Source: Isurus oxyrinchus (taxonomy: Eukaryota). Taken from it: DNA of 64,000 nt. Location of the stretch: the NCBI GenBank assembly GCA_026770705.1, contig JANJGN010000039.1:10230001-10294000 (forward strand). Direction: 5' to 3'. Of this stretch, positions 22,473-34,000 are shown piece by piece. The notes below the pieces were generated by a model. It was given only the letters and a program-made list of their open reading frames with translations, was not told the origin of the DNA and did no database searches. Within the stretch, counting starts at the first letter, position 1. Each line of letters opens with the position of its first letter. Position numbers and translations under genes: made by a program.

Positions 22473-23479
22473 AAGGTGGTGAGTGTGACACTTGATCCCG
22501 GGGACACAGAGAGGAGAATTCCTGTCAGTGAGGATCCGAAGGGGGCGCAGTGTATTTCGGTGAACAGCTGTCAGCGTGGGGTGGGCCGGAGGGCGAGTGT
22601 GCTGTGGTTGAGGTTGTCATCCGCTTCTTACAGCTTGGGCGTCTGTTCAGTCAACATCAGCGTTATTTCCGATTTCAGTGTCTGAGACTCTGCCTGATGG
22701 ATCTGTCTCTGCTAAAGTAAATCAGTTTGAAGGGTCAATTCAGGTTCCAGTGATGAGGCTATTCACGTCTAAATTAACTTAAGTCGAAGTTTATAAAACA
22801 ACAAATAGCCATTTTTAAACGTATATGATGAAATTAAGCTCTTCCGTCGCCCAGTTCTAATGTTATTCAAAGGCCAGTTCAGTGAGCTAACTCCAGGGTG
22901 CATGGTAGTGTTCAACTCACCCCACCCACACTATGGGGCCATTATCAATCCTGTGATTGTGTGATGGAAACAAGTACTGTACCGAGCTGTTTTGAATGCT
23001 GCACACCATGTATCGGGAACATGAAAATGTCATCGCATAATTATTTGTGAGGTTACAGTGTTTGACAGCGCCTGTTTACAAGACATATGGAAATAAGATC
23101 TCTCAGAAACCACATATCCAGGAATATGTACAAGCAGGAACAAGGGAACAGAGAGATGTTTGCATTTTGAAAACAGGAGAATGTAATACAATCCCTTAGC
23201 ATTGTTCCACTATTCAGAGGGACTACAGCACATTTTTATTATTACAACAGTGACTAGCTGGCACACAGAACTTTGAATATCCTTATCTGCCACCGACCCA
23301 ACATTGTATGCTTTGACATTCGCACTTGACGCACCAAACAGATTTCCACTGACTTGTGTGTGATTGTATGATTCCTGACATTAAACCTGATTGGCCCAAA
23401 TCTAATTTTTAGGTTATGTCCCTCAGGAGCAGAGAACTCAGTGACATCAGTAGATGGGCAACAGATTATTCCTCCATGC

Positions 23480-23790
23480 CACATTCGCTGACACTCTGAC
23501 AGTGCAGCGCTCCTTCATATTGACCCCCTGACAGTGCTGCACTCCCACAAAACTGACCCCCCGACAGTGCACGGCTCTCTAAGTACAGACCCTCCGTCAG
23601 TGCCGTTCTCCTTCAGCAATGACACTCCAACACCCCAAGTACATACCCATCAACAGTGTGGCACTCACTCAGTAATGACCCTCCAACGTGCGACACTCAT
23701 TCAGGAATAACCCTCTAGCAGTGTAGATCTCCCCCAGTAATGAACCTCCAACAGTGCGGCGTTACCACCGTACTGACCCTCGGACAGTAG
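23480..23790 (-). repeat. 33-bp satellite, inverted orientation
   Basis: GACCCTCCGACAGTGCGGCACTCCCTCAGTACT-type units, the reverse complement of the arrays at 24590 onward. Confidence 0.85.
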
Positions 23791-23809
23791 ATATACTGGA
23801 GATGGAATT

Positions 23810-24140
23810 AGATTAATTAATAAATGGATTTTAATGCATAATATATTATTGTATTTGATTAATAATTAGACCAATGAGTTCAAATAAATTTTAGAAATTA
23901 ATTGATGATCTGATGTTTAATTTATTATTCATAATTAGACGTTTTAATTCATAATTGATATTGATAATTTGAAAAACAACAGAAAATGTACTACTGTAAT
24001 CCATAATTAATTGATAATACATTTTTTAAATTAATTAATATTTTAGCCAATTATACATATTATGCTGATTTAGTTAATAATTGGATTTAATAACTCATAA
24101 ACAATTAATATTTTTACGTATTTATTGATAATATTTGTTA
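23810..24140. other. Very AT-rich spacer near the axis of the inverted duplication
   Basis: Almost pure A/T with many TAAT/ATTA motifs, unlike its flanks. Confidence 0.85.
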
Positions 24141-24179
24141 AAATTGAGTACAACCTATACCAATGAAAATACAAAAGAG

Positions 24180-24425
24180 GGTCAGGGGAAAGACAGTCTG
24201 CCCTTCGATCCTCCTCTGCCCTTCAATAAGATCAGGGCTGATCTGATGGTAACCTCAACCCCGCATATCCGCCTCCCCACAGATAACCTTTCAACCCCTT
24301 GTTCGTCGAGATCATATCTCGCTTGCCCTCATGAATATTCAAAGACTCTGTTTCAACCACCTTTAGAGGAAGAGAGTCCCAGAGACTCACGACGCTATTA
24401 GATAAAATATTTTTCCTCATCTCTG
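24180..24425 (-). mobile_element. CR1 3' end fragment
   Basis: ORF 24232..24471(-) 'EMRKNILSNSVVSLWDSLPLKVVETESLNI'. Confidence 0.8.
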
Positions 24426-24589
24426 AATGAATTGTCAATTTTGAGATGTGTAAACTGCTTATTTTGATCAAATATTAAACACAACATGATCAATCGTTGT
24501 GAAATATAATTGCTGGTGTGAATGCTCTCTGCAACATAGCGACTCCATAGATACTTATCCAAAACATATAACTCTCCAATTATTGAAAG

Positions 24590-26560
24590 GAGGGCCGCAC
24601 TCTCAGAGGTGCAGGACTGAGGAACTGCAGCACTCTCGGATGTTCAGTAGAGAGGGAGAGCCACACTGACGGAGGGTCAGTAATGAGGGAGTGCCAGACT
24701 GTCGGAGGTACGGTGCTAAGGGAGTGCTGAACTTTCATAGGGTCAGTACTGGGGGAGTGCCACATGGTCAAAGGGTTAGTACCGAGGGTGTGTCAGACTG
24801 CCAGAGGGTCGGTACTGATAGAGTGCCACACTCTCAGAGGGTCAGTACTGAGAGATTTCCGCGCTTTTGGAGGGTCAGTAATGAGGGAGTGCCAGACTGT
24901 TGGAGGCTCAGTGCTGTGGGAGTGCTGAACTTTCATAGTGTCCGGACAAAGGGAGTGCCACACAGTCAGAGGATCAGTAGAAATGTCGTGCTGTAGTGTT
25001 TCAGGGTCAGTAATATGGAAGCACCACACTGTAGGAGGGTCAATAATGAGGCATTGCCATACTGAGGGCGTGCCATCATGGCGGAAAGTCAGTACAGAGG
25101 GAGCAGCATACTGTCTGAGGGTCAGGACAGAGGGAGCAGCGTACTGTCTGAGGGTCAGCACAGAGGGAGCAGTGCACTGTCTGAGGGTCAGGACAGAAGG
25201 AGCTGCGTACTGTCTGAGGGTTAGTACAGAGGGAGCGGAGTACTGTCTGAGGTTCAGTACAGTCGGAGCGGTGTAATGTCTGAGGGTCAGAGCAGAGGGA
25301 GCGGTGTACTGTCTGAGGGTCAGTACAGAGGGAGCGGTGTACTGTCTGAGGTTCAGGACAGAGGGAGCGGCGTACTGTCTGAGGGTCAGTGCAGAGGGAG
25401 CGGTGCACTGTCTGAGGGACTGGACAGAGGGAGCGGTGTACTGTCTGAGGGTCAGGACAGAGGGAGCGGTGCACTGTCTAAAGGTAGGACAGAGGGAGTG
25501 GTGTATTGTCTGAGGGTCAGTACAGAGGGAGCGGCATACTGTCTGAGGGTCAGGACAGAGGGAGCGGTGTACTGCCTGAGGGTCAGTACAGAGGGAGCGG
25601 CGTACTGCCTGAGGGTCAGTACAGAGGGAGCGGTGTATTGTCTGAGGGTCAGGACTGAGGGAGAGCCTTGCTGTCTGAGTGTCAGTTCTGGGGATGTCCC
25701 ACACTCTTCGAGTGTCAATACTGAGGGAGTGCCTAGCTTTCTGAAGGTCAGCACTGAAAATCTGCCTCACTGTAGTAGAGACAGTACTGAAGAGTGCAGC
25801 AAAGTTGGAGCATCAGTGCTGAAAGTTTTAAGCTTTCATTGAAGTTCAGTTCTAAGGGAGTGCTGCACTCTCGTATGGTTAGTGCTGAGCGACTGCCGCA
25901 GGATTGGAGGGTTAATAGAGTGCTGCACTGTCTGAGGGTCATTTATGAGTGTGCGCCGATCCTCCTGAGTTCAGTACTGAAGATGTGCCGCACTCTTGCA
26001 GGAGCTTTAGTAGAGGAATGCTGCAATAATCAGAGTGAATGCCTAGCTCTTGCAGTGTATTACTGAGGGATTGTAGCGCTGTCAGAGGCTATGGACTGAT
26101 GGTGATCAATACCGTTAGAGGATCAGTATGGGCGGAGTGCCACACTCTCAGATGGCCAGGACGGAGGGAGAGCCATCATGTAGGAAGGGCCAGAACTGAA
26201 GCAGAGCCGCACTGTTGGAGGGTAGATACTGAGGGAGTGCAGAACTGTTGGAGGGTCACTATTGAGGGAGTGCTTGAAGTCAGATTGTCATGACTAAGGG
26301 ACTGCTGCAGTGTCAGAGGGACATTACGGAGGGAGAACTGCACTGTCCTAGGGACAGCACTGAGGGAGCACCACGCTGTTGGATGGGCAGTACTGCGGGA
26401 GCGCCGCACTGTCAGAGGAACTGGATTGAGAGAGTACTTAACTGTCAGAGAGTCAGCACTGTAGGATTGCCACACTTTCGGACGGACTTTACTGAGGGAC
26501 TGTACTCTGGTAGCGCTGCACTGTCAGTTTGTCAGTACTGACGGGAAGTTGCACTGGCAG
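24590..26560 (+). repeat. 33-bp satellite array (CACTGTCGGAGGGTCAGTACTGAGGGAGTGCTG-like)
   Basis: 33-bp period, giving the 11-aa repeats in ORFs such as 24793..25770. Near-identical core at ~25090-25680. Confidence 0.95.
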
Positions 26561-27709
26561 CAATTCTAAGTTTCGCCAATAATCTTTTGGCTATCTATTG
26601 AAATCACTGAGTAATCTGCTCCTGAGGGACATAATTTTAAATTAAGATTTGGGCGATTAAGGGTTAAAGTCAGGAATCATAGAATCACACACAAATCAGT
26701 GGAAAGATGTTCGGTGTGTCAATGTGGAAGGTCAAGACAAAAAATAGTGGCTCTTTTTTACATCAGAATATGAAAGGTTCTGGTTGCAAGCTGGGTCTCC
26801 GTTGTAATAATGCACATGTGTTTTGGACCCCTTGAATACTTGAACAAAGTTAAGGGGGTGTATTACCTTCTCCTATTCTCATATTACAAACAGCTCTCTG
26901 TTCCCTTTGTCCTGTTTGAACATGTTCCTGGATGTGTAGTTTCTGAGAGATCTTATCTCCACATCTCCTGTGAGCAGTCGCTATCAAACACAACAACGTC
27001 AAACATATTTATTTGGGAAACCTGTCCTTGTTCCTAATGCACAGCATGAATAATTCAAATCTGATCCGCACAGAGCCTGTCTCCATCACAGAATCTCATT
27101 ATTGACAATGAGCTAAAATGTGCGTGGGGGGAAGGTGATGAACTATTCTGGACCCTGGGGTTAGCTCACTGAACCCGCCTTTGAAGAACATGAGAAATAG
27201 GAACAGAAGGAGCTTAATCTCACTCTTTACGTTTAAAAAGGCCTGTCTGTTTATAGAAACTTGGACATGACGTAATTTAACAGTAAACAGCCTCATCACT
27301 GGTACCTGAATTAACCCTTCAAAACTGATTTAGTTGGACAGAGATAGAACCATCATGAAGAGTCTAAGGCACTGAATTAACGAATAATACGAATTAACAA
27401 ATATGTTTATTAAGCATATGCAAAATCAAACAACAATGCACAAATCAGACAATCAAACACTCATCCATGAATTTGTTCAATCAACTCAGACTGATCCAGT
27501 TGTTAAGAAGGGGAGACACACTGGAACGTATATGAATCGACATCACCCTGCAGGCATCACACTATAAAACGTACCCCCAATCTGTAAGAAATGGATGTTA
27601 ATCTTAGCCGTTTGGCTGCCGCCCACACTGACAGCTGTTCACCAAATGACACAACATCAGGAATTCTCCTCTGTTGGTCCCCTGCACATAATGCCACAGC
27701 CACATTCTT

Positions 27710-28430
27710 TTTAATGTTCATTCAGGGGTGGTGGGATACGCTGTTCGGGCCAGCATTTATTTTCCATTTATAATTGCCCAGTGAGAAGGTGCTGCTGAGC
27801 TGCCTCTTTGAAAGTCTGGAGCCCATGTGGTGCAGGTACACTCAGAGTACTGTTAGCGAGGGAGTTCCACTATGTTGACACGGTGATAGTGAAGGAACGA
27901 CCGATATATTTCCAAGTAAGAATGGTGAGTGGATTGGAAGGGAATTTCCTGGTGGTTTTTTTTCCACTTTGTCTGCTGTCCGTGCCCTTCTCGATGGGAG
28001 AGGACGTGCTTTTTGTAGGTGCTAACGAATAAGCTTTGTTGATTTGCTGCAGTGCTGCTACTTTGTGTCGGTGGTGGACGGAGAGAATATTTGCTGCTGT
28101 GATGCCAGTCAAGCAGGGCTGATTTGTCCTTGATGGCCTCAACATTTTGAGTGTTGTGGGAGGTGCACTCCTCCAGGAAAGCGTAGAGTATTCCATCACA
28201 CTCCTGACCTGTGCCTTGTATATAGTCGACAGGCTTTGTGGGGTCAGGAGATGAACTATTCGTCGGTGCAGTGCCAGGCCCTGGGTGGTTCTTATAGCCA
28301 CAGAATTTATCTGGCTAGCCCAGTTTAGTTTCTCAGCAATGGTAGCCCCGAAGTTGCTGATAGAGGGGAATTCAGCGATGATAATGCCACTGAGCAGAAA
28401 AGGGCGATGTTTGGATTCTTTCTCGTTAAA
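27710..28430 (-). mobile_element. CR1/L2-like LINE 3' part in unit 1
   Basis: ORF 27870..28433(-) 'EKLNWASQINSVAIRTTQGL...LTPQSLSTIYKAQVRSVMEYS'. Confidence 0.9.
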
Positions 28431-29619
28431 CAATGAAAGGAATTCTCCTCAGTCTGTTCCCCCCGGGTGCTGTGCCACACTTTCCATCTCGTCCATGCCA
28501 AGGGATGTCCCCTTGACTTTGAGGATGTGAAGAGGTTTGCTTTCGCTTTTGGTCCAAATCTAGACGTTTCTTTGTTTCACTTCCCAGAGCGTTGACACAC
28601 CACCTTCGTCCACGTCGTTCCAAATGGCTTATTGGTGACTCATGCTGCCTTGGCTCACGCAATTGGTTCCAGCTGATTGCTCACGTTGTCTTCAAATGGA
28701 AAGAAATTCCTCCAAACTCCTATATTCCATGGCTGATCCCTTTTTCATCATTAGCCAGAAGGAAAAAAAATGCCCGGACCCATAAACTTACTTCCCAGTT
28801 TAATTGGTGTTCAATTCAAAGGCATAATAGACCGGTCCAAACTATTACTCTTAATTCCAGGATCTACTGCTTTAATTTTCCGGGTATGTGCCCAAATCCC
28901 TGCCCCAACCTCTATCCATTTCTGGAGTCTCCAGTCAGGATGTAATCCCTCTGTATGTACCTATGTATCTGAATCAGAAACTGAGAAGCTTCAATGAGAT
29001 AACCTTTTTTTGTTTGTACTTCAGAGCCCCAATTTGTTCCAGCTCACGGATGAATGGAGAAGCCTCTCATCCTGGGAACTGATCGAGTGAACATTTGCCA
29101 CGCCTCATCTAAGTTAAACATATCCTACCTCAGGGCAGATGACTGAAACAGTCTTACTGCAGCTGAGAACTCCTAAGAAATAAGACCCAGAGTAGCCAAT
29201 TCGGACCCAAAAGTCGGCTTCGCCATTTGATACAAATGTGGCCAATCTGACTGAGGCCTGAACTCCATTTTAACTGACTCTAATCTTGTAAAATTGCAGC
29301 AAGACTCCCTTCTGTTGTGAAGTACAAACATGTGTAATCACGTCCCAAAGCAACCGTTTGCTAACTTGTATTGTTTCCTGGACAAACATTCCGATATCCC
29401 TCCCAGCACCAGCATTAAAGTTGCCCTCATCGCTTGTTCATTATTATGTTCTTCAATTTTCCCTGCCAATTTGGATAATCATACATATCCCCACATTATA
29501 CTCGACCTGCCACAATATTGCCTGCTCACTCAACCTGCCTCTACCTCTTTGCAGTTCTTTGTTGTCCTCCTCACAGCTTTATGGTGATGCAGATGAGTGG
29601 GGTAGAGACATTTCCACCA

Positions 29620-30900
29620 ACATTGGCTCTGGCGTATTCACAGGGAGGACTTTCACAAAAAAAACTATCATGTCCTGCTCGAAAATGCCTGCACGAGCAT
29701 TCAGGCAAAACGCTCGCAAAATCGCCTTCCATGGACTGGAAAGTGTGCCCGGTTGGTGGAAAAGTGTGTCTCGCCGCCAGGTCCAGTTTTCTCTTCTCTT
29801 CAATGGCCAATGTTCCAGGGGAACACTTTGAAACTGGACTCGATATTTGGTAGCAGCGACGCTAACGAAAGGGAGGAGCTTGCTGCCAGTTGGTCAAAAT
29901 GTTGACAACGTGTCAATCATTCTGCATCACGTTTTGAGTCGCCATGTCTTAATGATGAGGCAGAGTGGCCGAAGAGAATGGAAGGAATGGAAGCAAATCC
30001 TGCTCTCTGGACCGCACTACCTGGTGGGACTTCCTGATCCTTGTATCTGAAGCTGTGCCTTGTAGATAGTGAACAGGCTTTGGGGATTCAGGAGGTGATT
30101 TGTTCTTCGGGGCATTGCCAGGCTCTGTCCTATCATTGGAGCCATAGAATTTATCTGTCTAGCCCAATACAGGTTCTCAGCAATGTTTGCACCCAGGGTG
30201 TTGACAGTGAGACATTCAGCAATGGTAATGCCATGCAACGGCAAAGGACGATGGTTGGATTCTCCCCTGTTGGACAGTGATAGAAATTCTCCTCAGTCTT
30301 TCCAGTTCCTTGTGTCCTTCTCATAACATTATGGTGATGCTGATAAGTGGTGTAGAGACATTTCCAAAAGCAGTGACCCTGCCGTATTCACTGGGAGGTT
30401 TGTCACACAAACGATCCTATGCTTCTCGAAAATGCCTGCACGAGCAGTCAGGCAAAACACTCGCAAAAACGATTTCCATAGACTTGAAAGTTTGTTTGAA
30501 CGGTGGAAAAGTTTGTCTCGCCACCAGATCCTGTTCTCTCAACTCTCCAATGGCCAATGATCCAGAGGAACATTTTGAAACTGGGCTTGACTTTTTAAAG
30601 CACCGACGCTAATGAAAGGGAGTAGCTTGCTGCCAGTTGGTCAAAATGCTGACAACGTGTCAATCATTCTGCATCACGTTTTGACTAGCCAAGTCTTAAT
30701 GATGAGGCAGAGCGAGCGCAGAGAATGGAAGGAAAGGAAGCAAATCCTGCTGTCCAGTCCATACTGCCTGGTGGGACGTCCTGCCCCATGTATCTGAAGC
30801 TCTGCGGCACGAGCCTCGGCCTGTTCATCCACATGAGGACCCATAACTGGGAGTGGTCACGAATAAGAGACATCATTATCGAATGGAGGGAGAGCCGAAG
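29620..30900 (+). mobile_element. Two RTE 3' fragments (29620-30050 and 30370-30900) separated by a LINE piece (30050-30280)
   Basis: 'LENACTSIQAK..Q' and 'RQVQFSLLFNGQCSRGTL' (RTE motif LPKQILFSQL..G.RSRG) occur twice. Confidence 0.8.
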
Positions 30901-31064
30901 GTGAGGAACATTTATTGCCCAGCTTGGTGCTGTGAGCAAGGTTGGACACAGAAGACTCCATCCCCTCATTAGGTCGTTGACATAGACTGTAAATATTGTG
31001 AGAATCAGGATTGGTGATGATTATTGTGGACCAGGCGAACGATAATGGGAAGTTTTGTGAGTGA

Positions 31065-34000
31065 GATGTCACAATGTCTGAGGGTCAGTGCTGAGGGAGC
31101 GCCACAAAGTTGGGGCATCAGCACTGAGAGAGGGCCAAACTGGCGGAGAGTCAGAACTGAGGATGTACCACACTGTTGCATGGTATGTAGTGATGTAGTG
31201 CTGCGGTGTTTGAACGTCATTTCTGAAGGAGTGCAACGCTGTAGGGGGGTCAGTACTGATGGAGTACTGCACTATTGGGGGGTCAGATATGAGGGGGCAG
31301 CGCATTGTCAGAGGGTCAGTAGTGAGGGAGTACTCCATTTTCAGAATATCAGTACTAAGTGATAGTTGCTCTGTTGGACAGTCAGGTCTCTGGAATTGAC
31401 ACACTGTCAGGGGTTAAGTACTGAGTGAATGCCGGCCTGTCAGATGTTAAGTTCTGATGGAGAGTCGCACTTTCAGAGAGTCAATTCTGAGGCAGTGTTC
31501 CCTGTCAAAGGATCAGCAATGAGGGAGTGCTGCAATGTCAGAAGGTCAGTACTGAGGATGTGTGCAGCTGTTGGAGGGACTGTACTGAGGAAGAGCTTCA
31601 CTGTCCCAGGCTCTGTGGTGAAGGACTGCAGCAATAATGGAGGGTCAGTACTGATGATGTGCTGCATTGTCGGAGGGTCAGCCCTGAGGAACTACCGCAC
31701 TTTCTGAAAGTCAGTACTGATGGAGTACAGCACTGTCAGTTGGTTGGTACTGAGTGAGTACCGCACTGTCAGAGGCTAGTTGTTGATGGAGTGCTGCATG
31801 ATCGGAGGCTCTGATGGAGTGTCGCACTTTCAGAGAGTCAGTGATGAGGGAATGTCACACTGTCGGATGTTCATTTCTGAGGGATCGCCACAGTGTCGGA
31901 GGGTCAATATTGAACGTTTGCTGCACTGTCAGAGAGTGTCAGACATGATACAGTGTCACTCTGTCAGAGGAACAATAATTAGGAAGTGCCGCCTTGACGG
32001 AGAGTCAGTACTGAGGGAGTGCCACGTTGTTGGATGGTCTGCACAAAGGGAATGCTGCTCTGTCTGAGTTTCTGTGCTGAGGGAGTGCTGCCCTCTCGGA
32101 TGGTCAGTCCTAAGGGAGTGCAGTGATGTCGGAGGTTCAATACTGATTTAGTGCCACCCTCTCACATATTCAGTACTGAGGGAGTGCCGCTGTCTCGGAG
32201 GGTCAGTGTTGAGCGAGTGCCACACACTCGGAGGGAAATTACTGAGGGAGCCCTGCACTGTCGGATTGGCAGCACTGAGGGAGCCCCACACTATCCGCTG
32301 GATATTTGTGACTGAGTGCGCCACTGATGTATGATCACTAATGAGGGTGTACCGCACTGTCACAATGTCACTACTAAGGGAACGCCACACTCTTGAATCA
32401 ACAGTACTGAAGGAGCTCTGCAATGTTGGCGGATAACTATTGGTGCTGCACTGGCAGCAATTCTAACATGCAGCAATAATATGTTGGCCAAGTATTGAGA
32501 GCAGTTAGGGGACATCACCTTAAAATTGGATTTGGGCCATTGATGGTTTATATCTGGATCAGAGAAACATATACAAGACAGTGGAAAGATGTTAAGTGTG
32601 TCAATTTGGAAGGCCAAAATATAAATTAATGGGCCTTTTTTACGTATGAACATTAAAGGTTCTGAGTGCAAGCTGAGTTACCTTTGTGATAATACAGATG
32701 TGTGGTAGATCCCCTGAATACTGCAACCAGTCTAAGAGGGTTCATTACCTTCTTCTGTTCTCATATTTAAAACAGATCTCTGTTCCCTTTCTCCTGTTTG
32801 CACATGTTCCTGGATGTGTGGTTTCTGAGAGATTTTATCTCCAACCTTCTTGTGAGCAGTAACTGACAAACACAGCAACATCACAAATATTTATAGGCTG
32901 ACATTTCCTTGTACCAGATAACCAGTGTGCTGCATTCAAATGTGCGCCACGCAGAGCCTGTCTCCATCACATGACCTCAGTATTGACAATGGCCCCACAA
33001 TGTGGATCGGGGAAGGTGAAGAACAACCCTGGGAATTGGATTAGCTCACTGAACCGGCCTTTGCAGACCCTAACCAATAAAAACAGGAGGATATTAATCT
33101 CACACTTTGCGTTTAAAAAGGGTTGTTTGTTTGTATAAACTTAGACTGTAATTAATTTAACAGTGATCTGGCTAATCACTGGAACTGGAATTAAGCCTTC
33201 AAACCTGTTTTAGTTGGACAGAGATAGAACTATCATGCAGAGTCTAAAGCACTGCATTAACGAATAATACTGACGTTTATTGAACATATGCAAAATTAAA
33301 CAGCAATGCAGTAATCAAACAATCAAAGGCTCATCCATGAACTTGTTCAATCAACTCAGACTGATCCAATTGTTAATAAGAGGAGACACAATGGAAAGTA
33401 TACATTTCAAGAACACCCTGCAATCGCCTCCCTTTCAAATGTTCCCCCCAATCTTTAAGGAGTGGATGACAATCTTAACCGAGTCCCGGTCCCCCACGCT
33501 GACGGCTGTTGATCAAAGGACACTGCACCTTCCTGGAATCCACACTCTCAGGAAATCTCCTCTGCCTGCCCCCTGGGGCTAGAGCTATATTCATTCAGGG
33601 GTTGTGGGATTCGTCAGGTGGGCCGGCATGTATTGCCCATCTCTTAATGCCCGTTTGGGAGGCGGTTATGAGCTGCTTTTTTGAAAGGCTGCAGTCCATG
33701 TGATGCAGGTGCACCCACAGTACTGTGCAGGAGGGAGTTCCATTATGTTGACCCAGTGATGTTGAAGGAACGGCCAATATATTTCCAAATAAGAATGGTG
33801 AGTGGCTTCCAGAGGAATTTCCTTGTGGTGTTGTTCCAATTTTTCTGCTGCCCTTGCCCTTCTCGATTGTATGGTTCGTGGGTTTGGTAGGTGCTACCGA
33901 AGGAGACAAGGTGAGTTGCTTCAGTTCATCCTGTAGATGGTACACGCTGCTGTTACATTGTGTCAGAGGTGGAGGGAGTGAATGTTATTTGATGTGGTGC

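Larger units (their letters stand above)
17500..23790 (-). repeat. Left arm of a large inverted duplication (mirror of unit 4 plus its right flank, ~41570-48800)
   Basis: Ordered reverse-complement matches: 17500-17900 vs 48420-48810; 18060-18495 vs 47840-48290; 18510-18750 vs 46020-46250; RTE; LINE; segment A; 33-bp satellite. Confidence 0.85.
24590..31065 (+). repeat. Tandem segmental unit 1 (Sat33, segment A, LINE, segment B, CR1 piece, RTE x2)
   Basis: Same ordered blocks as units 2-4. Carries an internal re-duplication at ~30050-30900. Confidence 0.9.

Noticed and set aside
24793-25842. 325-aa and 188-aa ORFs with 11-aa Cys-containing repeats
   Set aside because: Translation of the 33-bp satellite, open on both strands, with no gene context.
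33465-33500. WGTGTRLRLS on the minus strand, resembling an Ig/TCR J segment
   Set aside because: No recombination signal or splice donor, and not conserved in the other unit copies.
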